From Okamejei kenojei (Eukaryota), in NCBI GenBank assembly GCA_035221665.1, contig CM069145.1:57040001-57104000 (forward strand): a DNA stretch of 64,000 nt, in the 5' to 3' direction. Positions 24,982-38,214 of the stretch are shown in pieces. Each line of letters begins with the position of its first letter. Within the stretch, counting starts at the first letter, position 1. The notes under the pieces were generated by a model, which was not told where the DNA came from, ran no database searches, and worked only from the letters and a program-made list of their open reading frames with translations. The position numbers were made by a program, and so were the translations under genes.

Positions 24982-26533
24982 GTTACACAAAAGGCTGGAG
25001 AAACTCAGCGGGTGCAGCAGCATCTAAGGAGCGAAGGAGATAGGCGACGTTCCGGGTCGAGACCCTTCTTCAGACTGGTCAGGGATCAGGGAAACGAGCG
25101 ATATAGACGGTGATGTGGAGAGATAAAGAACAATGAATGAAAGAAATGCAAAAAACTATCGATGATAAAGGGAACAAGCCATTGTAAGCTGTTTGTGGTG
25201 TGAAAATGAGTAGCTAGTGCGACTAGGGTGGGGGAGGAAGATAGAGATAGAGGGAATGCCAGGGCCCGAGGGCTGAGGGAGAGGTGGGAAGGGGAGGAGA
25301 CAGCAAGGGTTAACAGAATTGAGAAAATTCAATGTTCAAGCCCAAAGGATGCAGACTCCCCAAGCGGAATATGAGGTGCTGTTCCTCCAACTTGCAGTGT
25401 TGCTCACTCTGGCCATGGAGGAGGCCCAGGACCGAGAGGTCGGATACGGAATGGGAGGGGGAGTTGAAGTGCTGAGCCACCGGGAGGTCGGGTTGGTTTT
25501 TGCGGACCGAGCGGAAGTGTTCGGCGAAACGATCGCCAAGCCTCAGCTTGGTCTCACCGATATAGATCATCTGGCATCTGGAGCAGCGGATGCAGTAGAT
25601 GAAGTTGGAGGAGGTGCAGGTGAACCTCTGTCGGACCTGGAAGGCCTGCTTGGGTCCCTGAAAGGAGTGGAGGGGGGAGGTGAAGGGACAAGTGTAGCAT
25701 TTCTTGTGGTTGCACGGGAAAGTGCCCGGGGAAGGGGTTGAGCGGGAGGGAAGGGAAGAATTGACAAGGGAGTTGTGGAGAGAGCGGTCTTTGCGGAAGG
25801 CAGACAGGGAGGGAGATGGGAAGATGTGGCGAGTGGAAGGGTCACGTTGGAGGTGGCGCAACTAGCGGAGGACTATATGTTGTATTTGCCGGCTGGTGGG
25901 GTGAAAGGTGAGGACCAGGGGGACTCTGCCCTGTTTGCGAGTGGGGGAATGGGGAGAGAGGGCAGTGTTGCGGGGTATGGAGGAGACCCTGGTGCGAGCC
26001 TCATCAATAGTGGGGGAGGGGAATCCACATTCCCTGAAGAATGAGGCCATTTGTGATGACCTGGTGTGGAACACCTCATCCTGGGAGCAGATGCGGCGTA
26101 GACGGAGGAATTGGGAATAGGGAATGGAGTCCTTACAGGAAGCAGGGTGGGAGGAAGATAGTCCAGGTAACTGTGGGAGTCAGTTGGTTTGGAATGGATG
26201 TCGGTCAGGAGTGTATCACCTGCAATAGAGATGGTGAGGTCAAGGAATTGTAGGGAAATGTCGGAAATGGTCCAAGTGTATTTGAGTGCCGGATGGAAGT
26301 TGCTGGTGAAATGAATGAAGTCAGTCAGTTGTGTGTGGGTGCAGGAGGTGACACCGAAGCAGTCGTCGATGTAACGGAGGTAGAGGTCGGGGATCGGCCC
26401 TGGTACGCCGAGAACAAGGATTGTTCGACGTATCCAACAAAGAGGCAAGCGTAGCTGGGGCCCATGCGTGTGCCCATAGCTACGCCCTGTGTTTGGAGGA
26501 AATGGGAGGAATCAAAAGATAAGTTATTGAGGG
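24982..26533 (-). mobile_element. 5'-truncated Penelope-like element inserted in the DIRS 3' region
   Basis: RT motifs GVAMGTRMGPSYACLF and YLRYIDD; GIY-YIG motif IYCIRC..C..IYIGET..LGDRFAEH (ORF 25310-25861); 3' repeat with tctgaagaagggtctcgacc. Confidence 0.9.
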
Positions 26534-26592
26534 TACCCCTCTGTCCCAGGGGGAAATTACAAACAATAATTGATATAAACAAAGCAATAAAA

Positions 26593-27521
26593 TTAAATGG
26601 AACACAAAACAGCAGGCCCAAACCGTGGCACTGCCTGAACAGGTTTATCATAAAAACGAGAAAAAGTTGACTCTCTAGACCACCCTGCGGCCGCGAGGAT
26701 TTGATCTAGCGGCACGTCCTGAGCCTTCGCCGCAGATGTAGACGCCGCCCTGGTGGAGTGAGATTTAAACACATCAATGTCGATTCCCGCAGAACTGAGA
26801 ACCTGTTTCAAACATCTAGAAATAATTTGTACTGACACTTGCTTATATGGCTTTTTGTGACTAATGAGCAGTCCTGTCTCAGAACCTCTCAGACTCCTTG
26901 TTAACGCAATATATTGGGTTGAATGTTTAACTACACATAACAGTTGGTCACAGGATATGCTTTAAACGTCATCTTGATTCCTGACTTTCCTGGTCTACTT
27001 TTTTTGATTAAATCACAGACATAAAATGTAATATCATCTTGAGAGAAATGCATATAATCTATTCTTAACAAGTGCAATGTTTGTACACGATGTGCTGAAA
27101 CCAACGCCATTAACATAACCACTTTAAGAGTCAATGTTTGCAAAGATAATGACGCAATGGGAACCCATTGCCGAAGCAGTGTGAGAACTATACTGACATC
27201 CCAGATTGCTGTGTATCTGGGTTGAGGAGGATTTTTGTTAAAAATTCCTCACATAAACCGGGATAGCAATGGATGAGACCCGATTGGTTGTCGTGCTGAA
27301 GACTGCCCTAAATAAGAGGACAAAGCACTGCAAGAAGTGTTAATAGCACTATAACTAAGGTGCTCATCAAAATGTAAATTAGCAAGAAACTCCAACACAT
27401 CACATATGCTAGCAGTATCATACGATATATTAGATTGTACACAGACCAGTTCCCATTTCTTAATGTGCACGAGGTATTGTTTTTTAGTGCTAGTTCTCCA
27501 GCCTGCAGTCATAACCTCCAT
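26593..27521 (-). pseudogene. DIRS tyrosine recombinase (fragmented)
   Basis: Catalytic motifs SAHRVQTL (R), HSTR (HxxR), AGWS..TFSRFY (W, Y) across three ORF pieces. Confidence 0.9.
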
Positions 27522-27559
27522 GGTCCTGTTTGATAATCCAAGCCCTTGGAATGGTCTGG

Positions 27560-29202
27560 TCAGAACCTGCAGACGGACAAATTGATACGGTCATGTAATG
27601 GGTGACTTTCTCCTGTAACCAGATGCACCAACAAATTACTGCCACTGGGAATGCTCATGAATGGCTGTGCCATCATTCTCAGTACCAATGGGAACCATGA
27701 TTGTGTTGGCCAATCTGGGACCACCAAAACACCTGTGGCGGAGTCACGCTCTATTTTGGTGAGACATTTCGCAATCCGGCAGAATGGAGGAAACGAATAA
27801 AAGAATGAGTGTCCCCAGTGTAACGAGAACGCATCCACAGCTACTGCACGTGGATCTGGCGCCCAGGAGACATATTTAGACAACTGGTGATTCAGTCGGG
27901 ATGCAAGGAGATCAACATCTGGCAATCCAAATCTAGGAACAATGGTTTGAAATATGCTGACATTCAACATCCATTCTATATTGTCATTAATCTTTCTTGA
28001 CCTAAGATCTACTACCACATTATCTATACCTGGTAGATAGATGGCCGAAACCCAGATGTTCCGTGAAATACACCAATGCCAGATAGTATTAGCCAAGTTA
28101 TCACATAACACAGATCTAGCTCCTCCCATATGATTAATATATGCCACAGCTGTGATGTTATCAATCTGGAGTTGAACATGTAAATCAAACATTGTGGAGA
28201 AATATGCTTTTAACCCATAGAAAGCACCCAATAATTCCAGATAATTAATACCGTGTGTGTGAAGAAGCAAGTCCTCTTGCTCAGTCCATCTACCCCCACA
28301 GCTAGACTCTGTGTCTGTAGCCCCCCCATCCGAGAGCGCTAACATCAGTCTGTAAAATCACTGAAGGTTAGTCCACCGAAATGTGATTGGTGGCTTGGCT
28401 AACATGAACAATCCACCACTGCAATTCTGCCAGAGCCGTGGGTAACTGCATAACCTGATCAAAATGGCCTGCATTGTGTTTCAATGCTTGTTCTCTTGCT
28501 CTTTTCAAATGTTGATAATGCAAAGGCCCGAACTGTACTGCAGGAAAGGCTGCTACCAATTTCCCAATGACCTTTGCAACGTCTCGGATGGGAGGATAAA
28601 GGTTTTGTGTAATACCAATAGAGACATTAACAATATCTACTACCTTGGCTGCAGGTAATTTAACTGTCATATGAACTGAATCAAGAAGCCAAATACTCAA
28701 TCTGTCGGGTTGGCTGTAACTTGGACTTAAGTGGATGGACCAAAAATCCCAATGATTCAAAGAGATTCTTGGTTGCTGTAACCGAGTCTTCAGCTGACTC
28801 TTTAGTGTTGCTGACAATTAGGATATCATCTAAATAGGCCATGAGAATGTGATTGTGGGCCCTCAATTTCCCCAGCACATGTTTCACCAATTGAGTAAAT
28901 AACCTAGGTGCAGAACTTAATCCATTAGGCAATGCTCTATATTGCCACAGCTGTCCCATCCAATTACATTTCAAGTACCTACGATAATCAACATGAATTG
29001 GCACTGAATAATAAGCATCTTGGGACAAATTCTGAATCTCCACATTGACTTGCTCAGTCTCCTGAACAGAAAACACCAACACTTTACAAGGCTTATACAG
29101 GTGAGGTGGATCTACCCCCGAGATAAACTCAATGGTGGACCCCGACACAGTATTTAGTATAAACATATCAGACGTTATACAGCACCATTGCTTATAAAAC
29201 AA
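27560..29202 (-). pseudogene. DIRS pol: RT, RNase H and N6-adenine methyltransferase-like domain (frameshifted)
   Basis: LPNGLSSAPRLF and YLDDILI (RT); HGINYLELL and DNITAVAYIN (RNase H); DLLAS and FYSFPPF (Dam-like). Confidence 0.9.
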
Positions 29203-29226
29203 TTGTAATCGACCTTCAATAGGAGG

Positions 29227-30522
29227 TTACACACCAGAATTTGTAACCTGAACACAAAGTCCCTGTACCTCTGTCGGTGGTTTGGAAGACTGTTGTCTGG
29301 CCGTGTTGGGGTTATAGGCAATCTGACGTGGTGGATACCCTCGTTGCCACCCTGGCCTCCCTCTGCTGGGCCCAGCACCCGGATCTGACCTCCGGTAAAC
29401 GACACCCGGCTTCCGAATAAACGGGCTAGCTATGGCCGGCTTAGTTAGTAGCATGGTTTTCGCCTCCTCGTCAATATCCCGAATTTGTTTTACGAGATCA
29501 GAACCAAAGAGGAGTTCAGGCGATTGGACGTTGGTTGCCTTACAGAGCGCAGCAAATTTTTGGTTCAGGGACGGCCTGATGGCAATTTTCCGAATGCAAT
29601 TGATCTCGAAAAAGACGTTACAGATCATACCTAACATGTCTTTTTGTAACTGAGTTAACATGGTCCCTCGGACCATGGTACCAAATGCAGTGATCGTAGC
29701 CGCCACCAATTTGAGGACGTGCTGATAATGAACCTCCTGCCCCCTCATGGAAGGACTCATGGGTGCCCATATAGCTGGGTTCACCATTGGCACTTTTGTC
29801 GACGCACACTTTACAGGTGTTTTATATTTATTCTTGTCTCTTGCATGACTGATTGTTGTAGCTGGTGAGAAACTAAGTAATTTATATTATTTGCTGCATT
29901 GTCCTCCATCGCCTACCAGTTCCCTCCGGAATAGCAAAAGTCATTGCTATGTCCGGTACACCCGGAGCAAGGCTCTTGTGCTCTGGTGTTTGCACATAAG
30001 CAGGGACACCAGGCATAGGGCCAGCTGCATCCTGCTCCGCATCTCCCATTGATAATCAAGGGAAGCATCCCCCAGTCCTATAATAGGCGCTGTAATGAAT
30101 TCCCCACGGCGGTATTCAAGGTAATCCTCTTCATAAGGGCCCTGCTGCTCAACTGCCTGAGGAATCACTGTGGCCTTAGCCCCTTGCTGTATTAGAACCT
30201 GGAGCATATTTTCCATTTGCTGCATTCTGCCCCACAGCTTTTTATTAACTGGGGGAGAATCACCACCGTCATCAGAGTCTTCAGACAATACTGGCCTGTT
30301 GATTTTCCTTTTGGCCTTCCTGTGGCTCTCAGCAGCCACAGACTGTTGAGTTCCAGGCACTGTCCTGGAACCACTTTCAACAGGTGCTACCGGTGAAACG
30401 GCACCTGGCATCGGAACCGGAGGTCCCGTTGTTATCTCCCGACCCGATCGAGAATGCGACTCTTCGCTAGACACACACTTAGAGCACACCCTCCGTCCTG
30501 ACCGATCCATCTCCAACTCCAA
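29227..30522 (-). pseudogene. DIRS gag-like ORF1 (fragmented)
   Basis: Position upstream of RT; VNPAIW and ELLFGSDL motifs and a basic C-terminus as in DIRS ORF1. Confidence 0.65.
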
Positions 30523-32479
30523 CTGACTTCGCGAGCCAGCTTTACGGAGCTAAATACCCTGCAGGAAAAGTTGTTTAAACACTTACCCGCAAAGTTTCTA
30601 CTTACCCGCTGGTGGAGCTGTGCCCTCCAGCCCGTTCAGTGCGACATGCGCGGACGTAATGACGCGCATGCGCCTGGCGGGGCTTCTTCACGTAGTCACT
30701 CACGTGACTCCGAAGTAAAATTGGCTTCTGCAAATTGCTCTTAGTGTGTAGGATAGAACTAGTATAGGGGTGATCGCTGGTTAGCGCGGACTCGGTGGGC
30801 CGATGAGTCTGTTTCCACACAGTATCTCTAAACTACACTAAACCAAACACTTATTGCTGGAGTAGCACAGGGGCCAACTAACTTCGATGAAGGAAGTGGA
30901 CAGGCGACGTTTCGAGTCGGGAACCAGGACCTGAAGCCTTGCCTGGACATTGCCTCCACAATTGCTGCCTGACCGGCTGAGGTACTTCAGTGCGTGGCGT
31001 TTTGGTCAAGATTCCAACATCTGCAGTTCCTTGTCTTCACTCGCTTTATTTGTTGTTTTATGCTGCTTCTCCGGAATCCTTTGCTCATGCGTATTTGTAA
31101 GTGCGGATCCAGCGACATCGGCCCCGGCCCCGGCCCCTGAGTAAGCGTTGCCATCTCACTGACACCATCCCTATTGCCGAGGACTGGTTGAAACAGATGA
31201 AAGATTCATCTTGTGTGATGCACCCAGTCAACCTCTGCTTATGGTTCCACCTTTAGAATCCAATTTACCACAACTGGAAAGCAGTCCTGAACTAATATCT
31301 ACCTCATTAGAGTTCCGAGGACTATCTTAGGTCAGACGTTACTGGCTTCATCTGGCACTAAACATTTTTCGCCTTATTTCCTTTACACTGTACACTGTGG
31401 GTGGCCGGATTGTCATCGTATATTGTCTTTCCGCTGACTGGTTAGCACTCAACAAACGCTTTTCACTGTACCCCTGTACACGTGATATAATACACTAAAC
31501 AAAACTATACTATAATGCAGAAACGCTTCTTCATGCTTTTGTCATGACCACTCATGACTGTCGTGACGGTCTCCTGAACGACCTCTCATCTTTCGCCACT
31601 AGTATACTGAGAACGTTCTTTCTTACCGTTTTCAATGTAATCCACAAGTTATGTGAGTTATTCGTCCGCCAATATGACAATACCCCTCTGCTAACATATT
31701 AGGCTTAGCTTTCTTATTGCCGATGTGCAGTGAAACGCTCTGCACGCTATCCACTCAAATGCTATACATAAATCCAATCAAGCCACACTCGTAAAATAGG
31801 TAGAGCGAAGGAACAGGTGCAGAATCCAAAATATAATTCTCAGAATGATAACGCAAGAGTTCTGGGGCAAAAGTCTGAAATGAGGTTGAGGAAAATCGGA
31901 CAGTGCCCACCGTTCTTTAAATCCTGTAATTTTAAGCCTCGTCTTACCGCCCCCTTATGCCCCACCATACGTCTCTTCCTGTGATCTTGGTGGAAACATT
32001 AGCGGTCATGCCACGATGCGAAATAATACAAATCATTCCACAAACGTTTGCACTTCTCCGCAGTTCCCTCTATTAAGACTGCCTAAATCCTGTATTTTTG
32101 ACCACGTGTTTTAATAAACGAAAGGGTTGTCTGTTGTCCGACATTTGTCTTTTGAAAGGCCCGAGACGTCTTAAACCGGGTAAATAAATATAAATATAGG
32201 GGTCCCCATAGCCAGCTTCCCTATAGTTGCCCCATAAGTTCCAGTGGCTGCACTTTTTGCGGCCTCGTGTATACGACTGAACTCAAGGCCTGGGTGCTGG
32301 ATTGAAGTGCAAAGGGTAATTCGGACAAGAGGGACCGATCCTTAGAACATCGCCTGGGACTATCCAAGAGGAGCTTGAAAGCACAAATACCGTTGAAGCC
32401 CTTTTTACGTATTTCTGATGATAGATGCATTAAAACTAAAATCAATTAATTAAAATAATTAAACTGTTCTTGTTAAAGT

Positions 32480-33953
32480 GTAAAGGAATGTAAAGAAGAA
32501 CAGTAAAGGCTTCTTTAGATGTGTTAAGGGAAAAAGAGGAGCAAAGTCAAATGTGGGTCCCTTGAAGTCAGACACGGGTGGCGCGAAATACTATTGGGTA
32601 GGCTAATGAAGATAAATCCCCTGGGCCTGGTGGTCTGCATCCCAAGATCCTCAGGGAGGTGGCTCTGGAAATAGTGGACGCATTGGTGATCATTTTCAAA
32701 TGTGCAATAGATTCAGGATCAGCTCCTGTGGATTGGAGGATATCTAATGTTATTCCACTTTTCAAAAAAAGAGCGAGGGAGAAAACTGGGAATAACAGAC
32801 CAGTTAGCCTAACTTCGGTGGTGGGAAAGATGCTGGAGTCAATTATTAAAGAGGTAATAATGGGGCATTTGGATAGCAGTAAAAGGATTAGTCCAAGTCA
32901 GCATGGTTTTCTGAAAGGAAAATCATGCTTGAATAATCTTCTGGAATTTTTTGCGGATGTGACAAGTAAAATGGATGACGGGGAGCCAGTGGACGTAGTG
33001 TATCTAGACTTTCAGAAAGCCTTTGATAAAGTCCCGCACGGGAGACTGGTGACTAAAATTAGAGCACATGGTATTGACGTGGCTAGAACGTTGGTTGGCA
33101 GACAGGAAGCAAGGAGTAGGAGTGAACGGGTCCTTTTCAGAATGGCAGGCATTGGCGAGTGCAGTGCCGCAAACTCGGTGTTGGAGCCGCAACTGTTTAC
33201 CATATATATTAATGATTTGGAAGAGGGAATTAGGAGCAACACTAGGGGGTTTGCGGATGACACAAAGCTGGGTGGCAGTGTGAACTGTGAAGAGGAGGGT
33301 AGGACGTTGCAGGGTGACCTGGACAGGTTGAGTGAGTGGGCAGATGCGTGGCAGATGCAATATAATATAGATAAATATGAGGATATCCACTTTGGTGGAA
33401 AAAAACAAGGGGGTAGATTATTACAGCGCATAGTTTTGGTCTCTTAATTTGAGGAAGGACATTCTTGTGATTGAGGCAGTGCAGCATAGGTTCAAGCGAT
33501 GGGATGGCGGGACTGTCATATGAGGAAAGATTGAAAAGACTAGGCTTGTATTGACTGGAGTTTAGAGGGATGAGGGGGGATCTTATAACCAAACATATAC
33601 AATTATAAAAAGGACTGGACAGGTTAGATGCAGGAAAAATGTTCCCAATGTTCGGCGAGTCCAGAACCAGGGACCACACTCAGAATATAGAGGGGGTCAT
33701 TTAAGACTGAGGTGAGAAAAATCTTTTTCACCCAGAGAGTTGTGAATTTGTGGAATTCCCTGCCACATAGGACAGTAGAGTCCAAATCACTGGATGGATT
33801 TAAAAGAGAGTTAGATAGAGCTCTAGGGGCCGGTTGAAGGGATATGGGGAGCATGGGTTAATGATTGGGGACGATCAGCCATGATCACAATGAATGGCGG
33901 TGCTGGCTCGAAGGACCGAATGGCCTCCTCCTACACCTGTTTTCTATGTTTCT
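32480..33953 (+). mobile_element. CR1 LINE, internally deleted
   Basis: ORF 32659-33447 with RPVSLTSVVGK, DFQKAFDKVPH, FADDTK; 3' UTR ends in tttctatgtttcta. Confidence 0.93.
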
Positions 33954-36009
33954 AAAACGTTCAGAAAGTAATTTTACCAAATTTAGTTTAAAACTATCAG
34001 AAATTAATAAAATATTTTCAGATCTTGTGAATATTCACACAATTTTACTGTGAGATTTCAGAACTAATCTGTAGATCCCCACTGAATTGTAGTCTAGAAT
34101 ATTGCTGATAGCCGCGGAAGTGGTGAGGATTGGCAAGGAAATTGTACTAAATTTATTTGAAATTGGATTGCGCCTGAGAAATCATTATGCAGAGGGGCCT
34201 AAACTATATTGCTCTTTTCAAAGTGAAAGAGGCTACGCTGCTATTGTAGGGAGAAGTGGAGAGTTTGCTTCCGTTAGCTGTAGATTCAAATATTTCATAT
34301 CACAATTCCAAACTAAAAAGTTTGGACACTCAGGGCAGAAATGAGTAAAATATCTGTAGCTATTTTTCAAATTATTTCCATGAGAGGTATGTGCGGTGAA
34401 TACAAGGCGCAGATATATAAATCTTCGAATCACATGAGATGAGTTTGGTGCAAATATGTGCAGCTCAGTTGACAAAAAACAGCCAGGATTGTAATGAAAG
34501 GCAGAGAAGATATGCGGGGTTGAAAAGACCACCCCAGCTTCCATTTTTTAAGTTCAGTCAAGCCACCTCCATCGTACAAATGGCAACTGCCATGGTCTTG
34601 CTAATCGAGGACCAAGTGGGAATTCCGGTATCTGAATTGCACATGGTTCCTGACTTCCGCGTTGCAATTTGCAGGTGCAGATCAGGAATTAGGTGGAGGA
34701 GGCATTGGTTATTTAGGAAACTACTGGCTAAATCAGTACAGCTGAAATCAATGCAACGTTCTGGTATTGGTCCATTAGTGAATTTGCAAATACAATCAAA
34801 GTTAAATCTGGACAGGAGATCTCCTCAACGCAGTTGTGTATTATCTCAACTCTTTGATGCCGGTTTTGAGTCAGATGATTCTAGGGTCCAGCTACAGAGC
34901 CGGTGCCTTCTGTTTGGGAGTCTCTACCGGCTTCATTAACGGTTCATCTTGTAGGATAGAAAGGTAGTTTAGTTTAGTTTAATTTAATTTAGTTTATTGG
35001 CACGTGTAGCGAGGTGAAGTGAAAAGCCTTTTAGTTGCTTGCTATCCAGTCAGCGGAAAGTTTATACATGATTACAATCAAGCAACACTGTCCAAATACA
35101 GGATAAAGGGAACAACGTTGAGCGGAAGGTAAAGTCCCGAGAAGCCCGATTAAAGATAGTCCGAGGGTCTCCAAAGAGGTCGAAGTAAACCAGGACACCG
35201 CTTTGTTTCTTGATAGGATACTTCAGATGCCTGTTAACGGCTGGGATAAACTCTCCCACAATCTGGTATAGATGATCGATAACACAAAACCGGTAATATT
35301 GCAAGTAATGTAAAGGTGTTTGAAGAAGTTCCTTGTTTCTACAAAGGTTTTTAGGATTTGATGTCGTCAAAAATGGGCCAAATTCTGACTATTATTGTAA
35401 AGCGTCAATCGGTCAGTTTAGAGCGTAAATTAAATTACATTTGAAATCCTCTAATGTATTAAAGGCAGTTGGTATTCCAATGATACAAAGGAATATTGGA
35501 ATCATTATGTAAATGCAGGTACTTTAATGTAATAAGTAACCAATCCAATACTGTTTGTATATGGAACATTAAGACACGGGCGTAGAAGACATAGTACAGC
35601 TAGAAAGATTTCCAGCCTTGGGGAAGGAATGCCAAGTGCATTAGATTAACTTGCTTTCACTAAATGAGGATGGGGAGGGGGGGCGGTTGGAGCGAGTATG
35701 TTATAGCATCGGTCATCCATGAGTAATGGCGGATGAGACTTAATGGGCCGAAGAGTCTAATTCTGTTCCTACAATTAATAACGTTACGAAGGACGAAGGT
35801 GGAAATCATATTTCGTCCCGAGCTTATTGCAGTCGCAACTGACCCACCCACCCCCACTCCCACCATCGTTCATTTAAATAATAATGGGTAGCCCATTTGA
35901 AGAATAATGGGGAGGCTAGCTCTCTTAAAGATAGCAGAGTCAAGGTATATGGGGAGAAGGCAGGAATGGGGTACTGATTGTGGATGATCAGCCATGATCA
36001 CATGGGCGC

Positions 36010-36235
36010 TCACGGTGGCACAGCGGTAGAGTTGCTGCCTTACGGCAAAATGCAGCGCTAGAGACCCGGGTTCGATCCCGACTACGGGTGCTGTCTGTAT
36101 GAAGTTTGTACGTTCTCCCCGTGATCTACGTCGGTTTTCTCCGAGATCTTCGGTTTCCTCCCACACTCCAAAGACGTACAGGTTTGTAGGTTAATGGCTT
36201 GATTAATTGGCTTGATAAAAATGTAAAGTTGTCCA
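36010..36235 (+). mobile_element. tRNA-derived SINE
   Basis: cacggtggcacagcggtagagttgctgcc, gggttcgatccc, V-SINE-like core. Confidence 0.85.
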
Positions 36236-38056
36236 AGTTTGCGATATGCATAGTACTGCCCTGCCGACTACACAATTCAAAAGATTCAGAAGGGACCTTC
36301 AGAAGGTTCACAGTGAATGTTCTATTGTCGATTGATTTTTTTTTTTTGCAATAATCAGTGAGAGAAAAGAGAAATAAAGAGTGTCAGATAGACAAGCAAG
36401 TAGAAACAGAAAGTAAAAAAAATAAAGGACCTGAGGTTATGTGCATATGCTTGTATAAAGTTGATAAGACCAAATCTTTAAGAATTGGTCTACTTTGCCT
36501 AGTAAGAGGCTTCCGAGACATATTTGAGATCCACATTTTGAAAGGTGCGCCAAAATTTAAGTATAACGCTGTTATTAGACCATAATTAAGAAAGGCACTT
36601 CCCTCTTCCATTGATTAATCAATTCAGTATTGTTCAATTTTGTGTTAAATAGTTTTGTAAAAATTCCTCATTGTCGATTGATCTTACATCTCTAAATTGG
36701 GGTGCAGTTCCCACTCAAAAACTAAGGATTAGACTCTGCTTCCGAGATGCAATAAATTGTTCACCATCTCAATCTGCGCCCCCATTCCCCCCCGCCGCCC
36801 CCCCCCCCCCCCCCCCCCGCCCCTGCAGCCAACGATTAAATTGCGCAGAGAGATTTACTATTTAGGAGTGTATTGTTTGACATTTAGCATGAGTGGCGAC
36901 GCGATCAATTATTTGAAAAAGGAATGGAAAACTGATGAAGTTGCTGAACTGGTTTAGTTTAGTTTGGTTTATTCAACTATTTGCCCCTCGTTAGGGAATG
37001 GTGTAACCAGGCAGGTCATGCACGTGGGAATTTATGTTTGGGACTAGCGTACATATGGACCTATGATAAATATAAACCAGAACTTCAGAATCGGCAACCG
37101 GCAACCAACTATAGCACAATTTCGCCGACTAAACAAGTCATATCTTCCGTAAATGTCCCCCCACTCCTCGTGTGACTGCGGAATCACAATGCAATGGTCT
37201 ATTAGAAAGATGCCTCCAGAGTCACCCCGCGGCTGATAATGTTAAACACGTCGGTGATAGTCGACCGAAACTCATTTATAGGATTTGCCTGGGTCCGCGA
37301 GTTCCGTTGATTACAAAGTGTCTGCGAGGTACTGTAGTTCCGTGTTACTGGTAAGATAAGGTTGCATTGTAAACTGCGGCCGCTTTACTTGGCATTTCTT
37401 ATATCAGATGGGGATGTAATGTGCCAGAGATTTGACCATTCGGCCAATCCATCCTTTTCCTCATAATAGTGCCGCCTCTTAATCTTTCAAACAGGATTTA
37501 TCCCCTCGCTGTGTGGTTGCTGTCGGCGGCTCAACAGAAATCTGTTTTAATCACACGGCGGAATCTTAAACTATGTGTGGCGTGAACTGTGGATTTATGT
37601 AACGGTTAAAACAATGCTCTGCTGCATAACACAAAATGATGACGATACTCGAGGGGTCTGGCAGCATCCGATGAGGGAATAGACAGGCGACATTTCAGTC
37701 TGAAGAAGGGTTATAATCCAAAGGTTCGCCTCTCCATTCCCTCCGGAGATGTTGCCTGACTCACTTTGGGGTTTGCTCAACGTTACAGCATCTGTAGTTC
37801 TTTGTGTGTCGTCTGCCCTGCGTGTTCGGTTGACGATATGGTATTACGCACATACGACGAGTCTCTACGTTGCACTGGCAATTACATTAATTAACATCAT
37901 ATTTCTTCAATATATTGGGCATCTTTGAATTTCTCTCAGTTGGATTGCCAAACCACAATGCCCATCGTAACTGGCACGTTATATGTTGCAACGGCTTTTG
38001 AGTTTATTCTGCTTTTGGCAAATAAAAAAATAATAATGATCATCTGTCGATTCCAG

Positions 38057-38214
38057 AATTCCCTGAAATAGAAGAAGATCTCCATGACTCTGCAGCAGAT
38101 GACGTCATGATAGAATACATGGACGAGGAGGTCAATTCTCCTGGAACAGTTATCGCCTTCGTGATCCTCTTTATGATCAGTACCATATACGGCGCATTGA
38201 CAACGACGATTAAG
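38057..38214 (+). CDS. IgNAR: IgNAR transmembrane exon TM1
   Basis: ttccag| acceptor in phase 1 with the C5 donor. Encodes acidic spacer EFPEIEEDLHDSAADDVMIEYMDEEVNSPGT then VIAFVILFMISTIYGALTTTIK with CART-like F..LF..S..Y; phase-0 donor aag|gtaac. Confidence 0.9.

Larger units (their letters stand above)
24494..30721 (-). mobile_element. DIRS1-type tyrosine-recombinase retrotransposon, both ends present, coding decayed
   Basis: Minus-strand order gag-like, RT, RNase H, methyltransferase, YR. Internal complementary region (24719-24831) is complementary to both termini. It splits a SINE, with AAT at both junctions. Confidence 0.92.

Noticed and set aside
34439-34939. 166-aa ORF in the C5-TM intron
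   Set aside because: No Ig fold pattern, TM segment or known motif; likely a chance ORF.
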